This document shows, one piece after another, positions 43,864 through 56,725 of a stretch of 64,000 bases of DNA (its first letter is position 1; each line of letters starts with the position of its first letter). Source of the stretch: the human T2T-CHM13v2.0 reference genome, Homo sapiens. Made by a program: the position numbers and the translations under genes. The notes under the pieces are model-generated. The model searched no databases and was not told the origin of the DNA. It was given only the letters and a program-made list of their open reading frames with translations. Location: assembly GCF_009914755.1 (NCBI RefSeq), contig NC_060933.1. One strand, written 5' to 3'.

Positions 43864-46477
43864 AAAACTTTTGCAATCTATCCATCTGGCAAAGGGCTAA
43901 TATCCAGAATCTACAAAGAACTTAAACAAATTTACAAGAAAAAAAAAACCCATCAAAAAATGGGCAAAGGATATGAACAGACACTTCTCAAGACATTTAT
44001 GCACTCAAGAAACATGAAAAAAAGCTTAACACCACTGGTCACTAGAGAAATGCAATCAAAACCACAATGAGATATCATCCCATGCCAGTAGGATGGAGAT
44101 CATTAAAAGTCAGGAAACAACAAATGCTGGAGAGGATGTGGAGAAATAGGAAAGCTTTGACACTGTTGATGGGTGTGTAAATTAGTTCAACCATTGTGGA
44201 AGACAGTGTGGCAATTCCTCAGGGATCTAGAACCAGAAATACCGTTTGACCCAGCAATCTCATTACTGGGTATATACCCAAAGGATTATAAATCATTCTA
44301 CTATAAAGACACATGCACACGTATGTTTATTGCAGCATTGTTCACAATAGCAACGATTTGGAACTAACCCAAATGCCCATCAATGATAGAATGGATAAAG
44401 AAAATGTGACACATATACACCATGGAATATGAAGCAGCCATATAAAAGGATGAGTTCATGTCCTTTGCAGGGACATAAATGAAGTTGGAAACCATCAGTC
44501 TCAGCAAACTAACACAGGAACAGAAAAACACTGCATGTTCTCACTCATAAGTGGGAGCTGAACAATGAAAACACATGGACACAGGGAGGGGAACATCACA
44601 CACCGGGGCCTGTTAGGGGGTGGGGGGCTAGTGGAGGGACAGCATTAGGAGAAATACCTAATGTAGATGATGGGTTGATAGATGTAGCAAACCACCATGG
44701 CACGTGTATACCCATGTAACAAACCTGCACGTTCTGCATATGTATCCCAGAACTTAAAGTATAATTTAAAAAATGCTCTTTTAGCACAAAAGTATGGAAA
44801 TAAAAATGAAAGAGAAGGAAACCAATGGTGGCCTCACTTTTATCTACCTGTCCCCAAAGCAAACAACTTCTCACCATGAAGTTTATTTTTTTAAAAATTA
44901 GTCATTCCAGTTATTCATTGAGCCTTTATGAAGCCTAACATGAGTTTCAAATATTGGCTAAGAGTAGGAGCTATATTCTGATATAAAGAGACTCTTAATA
45001 ATTTCCAAAATGTCTGATGCAGTGAAGCCCTTTCAGCGAATTAATACAATGAAGAAAAATAGCATTCCTTTTAAGAGGGATGATCAGGACAATAGGAGAA
45101 GTAATTCTCGAAAGTTGAGACATGTGTCCTGGTTCTTAACTCTGACCATATCTTTTTTCCACCCTCTTTCTTCATTTTCTTGTTCTGCAGTTCTCTTTTC
45201 TGTCCTCTGCCTACTTGTGCCATTTGCTCTTCCCTTTCTAACAGACTTGGCCATAGCCAGTGATGGTCACCCCCCACCCAGGAATGCTGATTGTGTGACT
45301 GTAAATCATTTGCAAATCACATGATTAGCTGCCTGGAGCTGCCTGATTAGTCTGCTAGGCCTCAGAATGTGTCCTCCTTGAACCCCTCCTCCATCCCACA
45401 TACATCTTTGTCACTGGATTTCAAATACAGATAGTGCACAGGAAGAGATAAGAGCCATTTTTTTCCAGTATCCTCTCCACCCTCACCCCACACTCACCAT
45501 TCTACCCAATGGAAAAGAAATGAGATAATTAGAATTCTTCTTTCATTAGAAAATTTGCAAGATGAGACCCAAGAGGTGGAGCATGCCAGATGTTGTGGAG
45601 AGCATGACTGCTCAGTCCCTTTGGCCATACATGCTGAAGTCATGAAATTGGGAAATCTGACTCAGGAGTCACCATCTAGTGTAGGAGCTGACAAAGCACC
45701 AAATGCTCTGGGACAACTGGTCAACCTGCCAGTCCCTGGAGCACAGGCCTGGTGTGAGTTTGCTCTCAGGTCGTGATCAGTCAGAGGGGAACGGGAGAGT
45801 TGGGGCTCCTTCTGCACATTCTAGGAAACCCTGAAAGGCTCAGATTCAAGGTGAGCTGTGAGCTGGGAATACCTGCAGTTGCAAGGGAAGGCCTGTTGAT
45901 ATTTCTGATTCTTCCTGAGTGCCTGGAGTCTACCTCCAGGTGAATGGTAGAGTACCTTGGATGCATATGTCTCTTTTAGGTGTCAGAGGAATAAGATACG
46001 ATGCTCTAATAGGTTTCAATGACAGAATGTGAGAAAGAACATACTTCTATGCCTTTTCTGTTACAGCTATATCTTTTTTAAAATTACGATGTGAGTGAGT
46101 CATCACTTTCTAAAAAATGAACAAAGACATAAGAGGGAACAAGGTTTTAAATACAGGCTCTGGGCTCAGCTTGTTCCTCACTGAGCCCAATTCCAATCAG
46201 TTCTTGGTCTGTCCTAAGCTGTTGTTCCAGGTCTAAGTGGTACATTTATCCCAATTTTTAAAAATAGATTCAGAAAGTTTGAGCTCTGTGCTACTTTTCT
46301 CCAGTCTTGACACAACTTGGAAAAGCAAATAGGATCTGCCTCCTCAGCTTTGCTTATCAGCTCTGGGACCACTCCAGGTTTCCTTCATTCCCTAAAGCCT
46401 GGAATGTCCTTTCAGGCTCACATGGAGAGACATTCCTCAGACAAGGGGTCCTCTAATCAATATCACCCAGGTGGCCT

Positions 46478-46628
46478 GACTCTCAAATGAGTTCAGGTTG
46501 CAATCACTTGGGAAGCTTGTTCGAAATGCAGATTCCAGGCTGCCAGCTCCAAAGGTGTGGGTGGCCCCCTCAGGCACCTTTAGTGTGTTTCCAGGTGAGT
46601 CTGACAGAGTTGCTGAGATGCGCTGGTC
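46478..46628. mobile_element. MER5-like hAT remnant
   Basis: aatcacttgggaagcttgttcgaaatgcagattccagg...ccaggtgagtctga. Confidence 0.6.
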
Positions 46629-47469
46629 TGCCTGGGACAGCTGCATCGGGAACTGTTTTCTGCAGTGATGCTTCTGCTCCACTTCCCCCTTTGTTTCCCA
46701 CTGCTCCCCACCCCGCCGCCCAAGCAGGTGCAGACATTTGCTAACAGAGGTTCTTTGCTATATGTCATAGCACTTTACAACTAGCTTTCTGCAGAACACT
46801 TGAAAAAAAAGGAGTTCAACCTAAACATAGCCAAACAACTTTTACCAGAGCAGTGAAGGGATTTCCTCACTGGGCTCTGCTCTGAGGCAGATCTGAGGAG
46901 CTCTGTTCACTCTGGGTCCTTTTGCAAGTTTACCCTGGGCTCACCTTTGGCAAGATTCACCCTACAAGAGATCTGGACCACCATGTGGGATCTGGTCTCC
47001 ATGGACTGTCACGCTGGCTTATTTCAGACCTGTGTCCCCAGGGGTGGGTGGGAGCTGGCTGAAGCCTCAGGCCAGCTGGGTAGCAGAGCCTCGTGCCCGG
47101 CTGGCCCTGTGCAGCCTGGTGGCCTTCTGAGCTCTGCAACATGGGTGGTCCTCGTGCTGGCAGAGCACAAGGCTGTGGGAGTTCATGGGCCCCTCTGGGG
47201 GACATGACGAATGGCCTTGCTGACAAAACGTGGTCTGCTTTCCATCTCTGAGCTATGAACGGTTTCATTTTCAAAGCAGGAAAACAAACCACGGGAACCA
47301 GACACAACACACCCAGGCCACAAACGATATAGCCATTTTCTCGTCTCAAATAAGGGACCTGCAAAGGTAAAAGAAAAACGGCTTTGTTAGAATTCTTTGA
47401 TGAAAAGCAAATACGGAAAACTCAACCGGAGGTTGTAATGAGACTTCCTTTGCCTTCCCTCACTGATCC

Positions 47470-47705
47470 TTATCCTGACCTGGTGGAGTCCCAGTCCTCT
47501 GTGGTGGGCCAACCTACCTGATACTGACCTTCAGGGGCTTCCCACAGGCCACTGTGGAGGTGGGAGAGGCAGGGAGTAGGGGGCGGTGCTCTCAGTCCCT
47601 CTGCACCCCACCAGCCCCATTTCTATCTGATTCATTTAATACACTTCCACTAACATTTCTTTTGAAGGAAAGGTTGAGCATCTGAAGAACGTTTGAAATA
47701 TTCTA
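47470..47705. mobile_element. MER102-like hAT remnant
   Basis: ccagccccatttctatctg...atttcttttgaaggaaaggtt...gtttgaaa. Confidence 0.45.
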
Positions 47706-49010
47706 GTCTAGTCTGATCTCACATGCATTCTAATGAGTGGCTCCAGTGAAGAAAGAAGGAGAAAAGAATAGTAATTTAAGAAGAAGTGCATTGATTTCTG
47801 TGCCTCTTCTCTCTCTGATGTTGCCCACTGTTTCCCTTTAACCATTTGTTCCTTGCTTTAAGGGTATGTGTGATAACTTAAGGCTGAGTTCTTAAGAGTG
47901 AGAAAGAACTAGCCAAAAATTATGTCTCTGTATCTTGTGAATGACAGGACAAGCATGCCAGCTAACCAACATAAGTGAGTACCCTGCCTCTCAGCCTCTA
48001 GCAGTCGGCACATAGACCCATATGCCACAACTAGCTCGTGGATATAGAGCCTATCCTGTGTTCCTATAGTAATATAGGAAATATAATAGATAAATTGGGG
48101 TAGCTGCCAGATTGATAATGTCTCACGCTTCTATGGCCCCCCACTGAGTGCTCCCCGTTGGCCATGTGTGGCTTTGTTTCCCTAGCCATAGTTAATTGAG
48201 CCAAACTGGGCCAATGGATTCTTTCTCTTGCTAGTGGCTAAGAGCATGGACTCAGGCTAAGCCAGGAGGCATAGTAAGAGGTTGGACGATAAGCAGTGTG
48301 GGGAGAGAGGACCGTGAGTAAAGGTAGGGGTGCATAAATGAGTACAGAGTGCACGGTGGGCTGGAAGGAGCACTTGGAAAGCGGGGTGGGCCCCAGCTGC
48401 ATCAGGTTAAAGTATTTGGATTATTCTTTTAGGCCTTTAGCAGCCATTAGGAGGTGCCTATGTGAAATCAAATCTAAAATTTACAATGTTGACTCTAGTG
48501 GTCCAGTGAAGATGAATAAAGAGTGGTGAGCTGGTTAGGAGAGTCTGTCTCAAAATGGTTCATGTGTTCACATTTGGAAAACCTTTATGGAGCGAGTGCT
48601 CGTTGTGTATCAAAGGAGAGGGGAAAAGGGTTTAAACTATGGTGTCAGTGTGAGGAAGCAGGAGGAAGAGAGTCACAATCCAGGCCCAGCAGAACCTGAT
48701 GACCAATTTGATGTGGGTATGAGGGAGGGGCAAGAGTCAAGGGTTGTTTAGTCCACAAAAGGACTGATAGGGCTTTGTAGGAAAAGAAGTTATTTGGGAA
48801 AGTGGTAGGGATGTATATGGAAATGAGTTTTCTCCTCAAGAGTGGGACTATGTTAACATTCAGAGGACTTTCAGGAGATGTAGTTTCAATCCACACCTTC
48901 TACAAAACTAATATTAAAGCAAACAAGTTTGTATCTTACATGATGATATGAAATAATCAGAAAGTGTTAATAAGGAGGTCATCCAAGAAACAGGTTATTA
49001 GAAAGCAGTG

Positions 49011-49384
49011 TGATAGATTTGGGCAGGGACACAGATCCAAATCATCAAATCTAATTGTAATCCCCAGTGTTGAAAGAGGGGCCTGATGGAGGTGATTGGA
49101 TCCTGGGGGCAGATTTCCCCGTTGCTGTCTCATGAGGGTGAGCAAGTTCTCATGAGATCTGGTTGTTTAAGTGGGTAGCACCTGGCCCATCTCCTCCTCC
49201 TGCTCTGGCCATGTGAGACGTGTATGCTTCCCTTCTCTTTCCTCTGTGATTGTAAGTTTCCTGAGGCCCCCCAGCCATGCTTCCTGTACAGCCTGCAGAA
49301 CCATGAGCCAAATAAACCTCTTTTCTTTATAAATGTCTGAGTCTCAGGTATTTCTTTATAGCAGTGTGAGAAGGGACTAATATA
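49011..49384 (+). mobile_element. MSTA/B MaLR solo LTR with 5' micro-inversion
   Basis: aattgtaatccccagtgttg...tgtaagtttcctgaggcc...aataaacctcttttctttataaat...gactaata. Confidence 0.9.
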
Positions 49385-49659
49385 GCATGGGATCCCAGTG
49401 CTAATGTGAAGCTCCCTCAGGAGCAGTTGTGCCTCTTACTGACTCTGAGCAAGGCAAGGACACAATCGCCTTCGGTGAGCATGGGCTGCTTTGCAGAACC
49501 TACATTCACATACGGGCCCATGGAAACATGTGGGTCAAACTGCTCTGGGGAAGAATGCTCAGAACAGATCTTATTTTCCACCAGTTCTTTCCCCTACTCC
49601 TATTCTTTTAGAACTTCCCTCAAAGATTTTCTTTCAAGCTTCTGAAATCCACACTTTCT

Positions 49660-49775
49660 TTCTCTCTCCCCACTCTTTCGTTTTCTCTATATCTCTCTTT
49701 CCGTCTCTGTCTCTCTTCTCTCTCACACACACGCTCTCTCTTTCTCTCTCTCTCTCGCGCACACACATACACACA
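49660..49775. repeat. CT-rich / (TC)n-(CA)n low-complexity tract
   Basis: Direct read. Confidence 0.85.
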
Positions 49776-50066
49776 TGTTGAAATATGGAAAACTGTGAGT
49801 TATTAGGATAGTTATTCTAAATCACCTATTTCCCCATAGAAATGAAAGGAAGACATAAGGGTGGGGAATCATAGAGCAGGAGCTTTGGTGCCAGGCGAAC
49901 CTGGTGTTGATTTGTGAATCTGACATTTGCCAGATGTGACCCTGGCTAAGGTACTGAACTTCTCTGAGCCTCAGCGTCTTTAATACTTCATAGGGCTATT
50001 TCGGTGTTGGAGTGAGTATACACACACACCCACATAGACATGTATGTGTGTATATACACACATAGG

Positions 50067-50070
<4 letters not shown>

Positions 50071-50100
<30 letters not shown>
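50071..50100. repeat. (TA)15 microsatellite within a MIR
   Basis: Direct read; MIR-like sequence at about 49870-50015 and 50150-50180. Confidence 0.95.
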
Positions 50101-50101
<1 letters not shown>

Positions 50102-50699
50102 TGCCTCCAACATATGATATATGATATAGGGGTATGTCTATATATAATATCTAGTGCTTAGTAGGCATTTGATAAATATAATCAAATTAGTTCTATGTTT
50201 CTATACACTGTGAAGGTTTTCCTCCTTCATTGCTCATCATAGTAAATAATGGTCCCAGCATATCTTCCAACAGGTAGAATTCTCTAGAAACAAAACTTTA
50301 GCAAATATCAGCGTGGAATTTATTCATGTTTTATTTAATTACTTGGGGCATTTAATGAAAGAATGAATTATTAAATGAGAACATTGATTGTTCCCTCTGT
50401 ATGGCAAGAAGATCTCTTGTGTATGCTTAAAATAACTCCATAAAATGTAGAGCAGGCCATAGTAAATTAAAGAAAGGAAGGAAAATGGAACAAGGATTGA
50501 AAACACAATTTATCCTGTAAGTCTGCATAAAGGACAACCACATCCCAATTACCCCACACCTCTGCACTCAGGATTTCCAGCTGTTTAGATGGGTGGTGAG
50601 TCCAGACCCAAAAGAGGATTATATGCTGCTACAGGAAGCAGAAGATGTGTGACTGCTATGTTCGTGAGTTAAAAGAAAGCAAGCTCTTTGGTTAGTATG

Positions 50700-51120
50700 T
50701 GCCTCTAGACCCCTGTACCTTGCTTTATCCTGCCGTGTGTCCTGGAAGTCTTGTTCTTTAACTTCTCACTTGTTCTTTGTCCAGCGGAAGCCCTAGATGG
50801 ATATGGAAGGGAGGGAGAAGAGAAAGTTTGAGGTATTTATCCCCTGGTCCTCTCAAGTGAGGCTACTGCCTCTGTTCAGTGGGGTGTTTCTCCATGACAC
50901 ACTTCTTGCAAGTTCTAGAAACCACTCCCTTTCCTCATCCACTTGGGGCTAGAGGTAGTGATAGCTCCCTTGTTTTTAGACCCAGCGTACTGCACCATCC
51001 AGAGTGAAACAGAAGGTAGTTCACTCTGCCCACACTTTGTAGATAGTACTTTTGTTAAGCCCTTCTAGAGTTCTAATTTGAGCATACCACCTGTTTCCTA
51101 CTGGGACCTTGAATGGTACA
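50700..51120 (+). mobile_element. LTR33-like ERVL LTR
   Basis: ctctgcccacactttgta...taatttgagcataccacctgtttcctactgggacc...gtaca terminus. Confidence 0.65.
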
Positions 51121-52531
51121 ATTAGCACTGATGAAAGCCAAGTCTCCCTGATACCAAAGGCTGAGAAAATGGAAGGAAAGGAGGCAAAAGGGGAAAATAG
51201 AAATTCGGAAAGAAGAAGAGAGGTTCATGAGGGTGATGAAGGGTATCCTTGGAGAACAGAGGAGGAGAGAAGGCACGATGCAAAATGGAGTAACACCCAC
51301 TGAGCGAATAGGGGGAAGAAGCTGAAACCCAACCCATGAGGCTGGCCTATCATGCTGAGGCTCCCCAGCCCTGGAACCCCAGGTGTCAAGGTAAAACCAT
51401 ACAAGCCAGTCCGAACAGATGAGATAGAATGCTTATGGCATGTGGGGAAATTGGTTCCCACTTAGGTCAGTAACCTCTGAGTGCCTCACTGTATTAAGAC
51501 ACAATCTAAGGGTGGATGGTTATGGTTTGTATATGCTAGTGTCTAAGAGAAAAAGCTAAATTACATCCCATATATTCCAAAAGGGAAAGCAATATTTTTT
51601 GAAGGCCTACTCATTGTCAGAACAGGTGTATTTTAATCCCCACAGCATCCAGAAAATAGAATGGCATTATTCTCATTTTATTAGGTGAGGAAGTGTGTTC
51701 AGTGAAATTAAGTACTGAAGCTTGCTTGAAGCTACACAGCTAGTGTGTTTCACAGGCAGGAGCTGAACACAACCTTTTGGATTTCAATGAGCAAGCATAC
51801 TATCTCAAAAAAGGATGAATCTTTACCTAGCATGATCCTTGAATGTTTCCAGTAGATGAGGCATGACCATATACTTCTATGTTCTGCTAGTTTTGCCAGG
51901 GCAAGCCTTGCTAAGACTGCCCTGGGTTTAAGGTGCACCATTTACAAAGAGGCTCATTGAGATAAATAAGTGCATCTCTCAGAACGAATCTGATCTGTGT
52001 TATCGGTGAGAATCCAGACACAGCATCATTGAACTTCAAATGTTGCTACTGAGTTAGAGAGAAAAAGAGACTGACTGACTTGCATTTCTGCCTTCTTTGC
52101 ACCCCATGCATCCTGCCCTAGGTGGTGATCAACTTTATGTTGGTACCAGTCAGCTTCATGTTAGGAAATGTTATATGGAACTAGCAGTTAGCAGTGCCTA
52201 CTGTGAGAAATAAGGAGCTAGTCCGAGCTTTAAAGGGAAAGAGACACGAAAACAATCAGCGTAGCCTTTGTAGCCAAGTGTTTTGTTCAATGCAATCCAT
52301 TAGTTATTGAGAACATACACATCACGGTTTAAGTCAGAGTTCGGCTATCTTTTAGCTGAGAGACTTTGGGCTAGCTAACATCGCTGAGCCTTTTTTCCCC
52401 TAATGCATAAAATGGGGCTAATATTATTACCCTAACTTACAGGGTCATTTTGAAGAGTTCATTACATTCAAGCATGAACATGTGCTTTAAAGTGTTTAAA
52501 ATGTAGTGGGTCAAAACAAATGGTCTCTAGT

Positions 52532-52573
52532 GTCATCATCACCATCATTGTTGTCGTCGTCGTCATCATCATC
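52532..52573. repeat. (TCA)/(TCG) trinucleotide tract at a MIR 3' end
   Basis: gtcatcatcaccatcattgttgtcgtcgtcgtcatcatcatc. Confidence 0.8.
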
Positions 52574-54279
52574 AAGGACTTCATAGCCTGGTTGGAAGAA
52601 TATGTGAATAAGAGCTGCTATTTAGAAAAAAATGTGTTCATTCTGAGCAGTTTCCCTCAGAAGGAGAATAAGAAAGCTGGCTTTGGTCCACACTCTTGAG
52701 TGTTGGAGTAAGCCACCTAATTTCCCTGAGCCCCAGTTTTGGCATATGTACAATGGGCTGATCATATGTCCGCTTCCCAGTGTACTGTGTTAATGAAGTC
52801 GATGAAATGAAATCTAGTACCTTAGAACACAGAATTACAAGGGATTAAGAGTGCTCCTAACTTAAAACACTACTAGTTGGGTTTTTGCCACCTTGAATTG
52901 CTGTCTCAATTCACAACCAGTGTTTTAAAGATCCCTTTCTGTTTTCAAAAACAATTTATTGATCCATTTTCCTATGGAATATTCCCCCTTTGAAGAAATA
53001 GACTTACATGTGTTAGCCAGAGAAAGCATCTAAATTGGGAGTGGGGGAGCAATGATGGTACAGTGTGCTGTGCACATATGTGGGCACGGATGTTCCTAGA
53101 AAAATTGAGACTGCTCTGAGGATTTCCAGTGCCAAGTCCTGCATCAGGGAGGGCTCATTTTGTAGCTCTGACATAGGATGGATATAATAAGCCCTTATTT
53201 GGGAAAGCTTTCATTTGGGGGAAGATTTTTAATAATTTTTCTTAAAACTGAAAAACTGGTCAATATCAAATCCAGTTGATTCCAGACTGTTTAGAGAGTG
53301 ACTGTCATGTGTAAGACCCTGGGTTTGAAAAATTCATCTCTTTAAGGCTTATTTAAAACATCAATTTTTTGCTAATTCTTGGAGATTTAATAAAGCACCA
53401 CCAGGCTTTTAGATACCCTTAGAGGGGTTAACATCAGAATTCTTCTTAGGAGCCTTGGTCTGTGCCATTGGGGTGCACCCTGTTCCCCCTGGTTTATTCT
53501 GCTAAGTTTCATTTCACAACAGAGGAAAAGTGGCAGAGGAGCCTCCAGGCTGGGAACATGGATGGGAAACGCCATCGCAGTGGCTCTCAGAAGGTTCTGG
53601 TGAGCAAGGCTTCACAAACACAGGGCAAAGATGTGGCAGGTGAAGAAGCACAAGGGAGCGTGATGCAACCTGAAGACGAATCAGCTGTTTCTGATTTATT
53701 GTTGCACACCATTTTCTAAGCATTTCTGATGTCCTTTTCATAAGAAAAATGCCATGAGCTTCCCTAGCGACTTCTGAAACAAGTCTCTGAGAAGCAGCTT
53801 GTGGAAGGCACCTTTGTAGGAGGTGCATGAAGGGGGCATCCAAACTCCCATGAGTCCATCCCAGTTTGCCATATTCGTGGGCTTCTGGTGGGTGACCACA
53901 GTCTGCACTGATTTGGCAATGAGATAGTCTCAACAAGAAAGAGATCGCACAACAAAGTCATTTAACAAGGACAATGATTAAGAAAAAGACTCAAATAGAT
54001 CCTCTTCTGCAAGTGGTTAGGGAACTCAGAACAGACACAAGTTAGTGCATGTTGGCCAAATATGAAGATGGAAAGAAAGAATGATTATAAAGACATCCAC
54101 CCACCCTCTCACTGGCCATTGCTTGCCTGTGGAAAAAGGCCAGTCTATGACAAACTAGAGACTCTTTGAGAAACCAACGCTGTATGGAGATAGCTTTCAA
54201 GTTAAAAAAAAAAAAAGAAAAATCTAATCCAGGCTTTGCAAAACATCAGTGAATGCATGTAATACCAGCAAAACCTGAG

Positions 54280-54520
54280 CTTTCAATAAATCAGAAAACA
54301 ATGGGGGCATTGTCTGAACTCACCAAACAGTCCTTCGCTCCCACAGCACAGAACACTCTAATCTGTGTGCAGCCAAAACTCAGCCCCATCTTATTGAACT
54401 AAATTGATTTATGAGAGGAAAAACCTAAAAAGGGAAGCAGCAAAATGATGATATTAATTCTAATAATGCATTGACTGGTGCTTATATAAATCACTCTCCC
54501 CACTCAGATTGATTTCATCC
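54280..54520. promoter_or_regulatory. Candidate homeodomain (PBX-HOX) enhancer
   Basis: TGATTTAT on either strand at 54286-54293, 54405-54414 (TGATTTATGA) and 54486-54493, plus TAAT sites, in unique DNA. Confidence 0.4.
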
Positions 54521-55420
54521 GAGTAAAAACGCCATGCATAAGCCTATCTCCAGCCGCTCAGCTCAGGCAGCTACCTCAGGCCTCCTCTTGCAGATAGAGC
54601 TCAGGATAAAGGGTGGGGGGTCTGGTGGAAGTTCACAGGTATTTTGCCTGAGAAAGGCCTGTGGGATCAGCCCCAGAGGTATCGATGTAATTGGCCACAC
54701 ACACAAATGTTGCGGCATCTGAACATTTTTGGCAGCTCATGAAAGCTCCTTTCCTAGAGGCCACTTGAGTGTCCAAATAAAAGGGGATTTTTGTTAGTGA
54801 GAACTGGAAAGAATAACCCATCTTAGGATCAGGCTAATAGGGCCTGGCCTGGTAAAATGTAACACTGGGCTGGCCAGAGTTGGAAGTGTTGCTGGCAAGG
54901 GTTGGAAGCAGCTGCGAGGAGAGCCAAGCCTCGCTCCCAAGGAAAACTCTTCTGCTGGTTCAGGGGAGTTTTCTGTAGCCCAGAGAGCCTGTCAGGCGCC
55001 CCCCACCCCGCCCCCCACCAAGGGCAAGAGCTTCTGTTGGGGCAGATGGGAGGGGGCCTGGGGTGGTTTCTTGCTCCCCCTTCACCCAAGCTCTCCTCTC
55101 CGATTCCCTACCCCATCCCCCAGGCTCTGTGATTCTAGGCAAGCGAGCCTCTGTGGCTGACCTCTGTGGCCTGTTGCTGCACACAGCCTGGGAACGGCAG
55201 TTGCTCTCAGTGAGTATGCAGGGTGTTGACAGGCTCAGGCTGAAGGAGCTAGGAGGGAAGCAGAGAAAGCCGGGCTGCAGAAATAAGGCCACAGAGGCCT
55301 TCTCTTATCACCAAAGGGCCCCCAGCTGAAGAAAGGTCTACTGCTTCTTGCTACACAAAGGAAATACATTCTGCTGCAAGCCAGTCTCTGCCTTTCAGCA
55401 GAGCCTGTAGGCTCTCCACC

Positions 55421-55584
55421 TAGGGTGGCCAGGTAACATACAGGGCACCCAGTTAAATTTGAATCTCAGATGAACAATGAATAATATTTTAGTATACATA
55501 GGTCCTGAATATTGTGTGAGAAATAATTAAAATGTATTGTTTATCTGAATTTCAAATTTAATTGGGCATCTTGTATTTTTATTT
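55421..55584. mobile_element. MER53 (hAT), main part
   Basis: tagggtggccag...gcacccagttaaatttgaat...ttcaaatttaattgggcatcttgtattt (palindromic body); right terminus displaced to about 56253-56268. Confidence 0.85.
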
Positions 55585-55587
55585 CTT

Positions 55588-56248
55588 CTATTAGGCAGAA
55601 TTCTGAGATGCTCCCCAGTGACCCTCCCTCTGGTATAATGTCTTACCCCAAAGTGTAGGTGAAACCCGTGAATGTGATGCAACATCACTCCTGTGATTAT
55701 GTTACACTACATGGCAAAAGGGATTTTTGCAAATGCAATTAAGCTCACTAATCAGTTGACTTTATCAAGTTAAAGAGCAAATTATCTGGGTGTGCCTAAC
55801 CAAACTACATGAACCCTTTAATTCTGGGTCTAGAGTCCAGAGAAAAAGGAAGTCAGGCCTTTGAAGCAGTAGAAAATTGTCCAGTGACCTTGAAGGAGCA
55901 AACTGCTGTGTTGTGGAGAAGGCCACAGGGCAGGGAAGAGTGGTCAGCCCCTAGGAGCTAAGAATAGCCTCCAGTTGACAGCCAGGAAGAAAGCAGGGAA
56001 CCTCAGCTCCATGCTGCAATGAACTGGGTTCTGCCAACAACCTGAGAGCTGGGAAGAAGCCCCAAGCCTCGGACAAGATGGCAGGCCTGGCCAACACCTT
56101 GACTTTGGCTGTGTGAGACCTGAGTAGAGAACCTGTCCAGAACATGCCAGACTCCTGAACCAGGGAAACTTTGAGGTATAAAAATACACGTTGTTTTAAG
56201 CTGCCGAGTTTGTGGTAATGTGTTCTGCAGCAATAGTAAACCAAAACA
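55588..56248 (+). mobile_element. MLT1E/F-like MaLR LTR inserted in MER53
   Basis: taggcagaattctgagatg...atggcaaaagggatttttgca...gtttgtggtaatgtgttctgcagcaatag..aaca. Confidence 0.85.
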
Positions 56249-56688
56249 CCTATTAAATCTGGCAGCCCTCCCTGCATCCTGTGGTCTCCAGCGTACACTT
56301 ACAGGGGTTTCTGGTGTAGGCACCAAGGACTGAAGATGAAGAACAGTAAAGGAAACAGATGCACTGGACTAACTCCTGTGAGCCTCCTCCACAGTCAAAG
56401 AGCAGGGCTAGAAGGGAAATTACGATATTGTCTGTTTTGGTGTCCGTGTCCTGGCCTCCTGGACCCTGCAGCCCCAACATCTCAGTTGAGATCTGTAGAC
56501 ATATACACACGCGCTTGCTCTCCTACACACCTTCCTTTCCAGGGAGGATTGCGGGGGATGAGCTTGTCACTTGTCTCAGACGGATGTAGTTGCTGGCTCG
56601 CTAAGTAAACAGGTCATCTCAGCCAAAGTTCATTATGGATCTGAAGCTGTAGAAACAGATGCATTTCATGTAAGGATAAACGTGTGTT

Positions 56689-56725
56689 GGGGGGGGGCGG
56701 GGGTGGGGGCAGGGGGGAGGGTGGG
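56689..56725 (+). other. G-quadruplex-forming motif
   Basis: Six G-runs of at least 3 separated by 1-2 nt loops. Confidence 0.7.
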
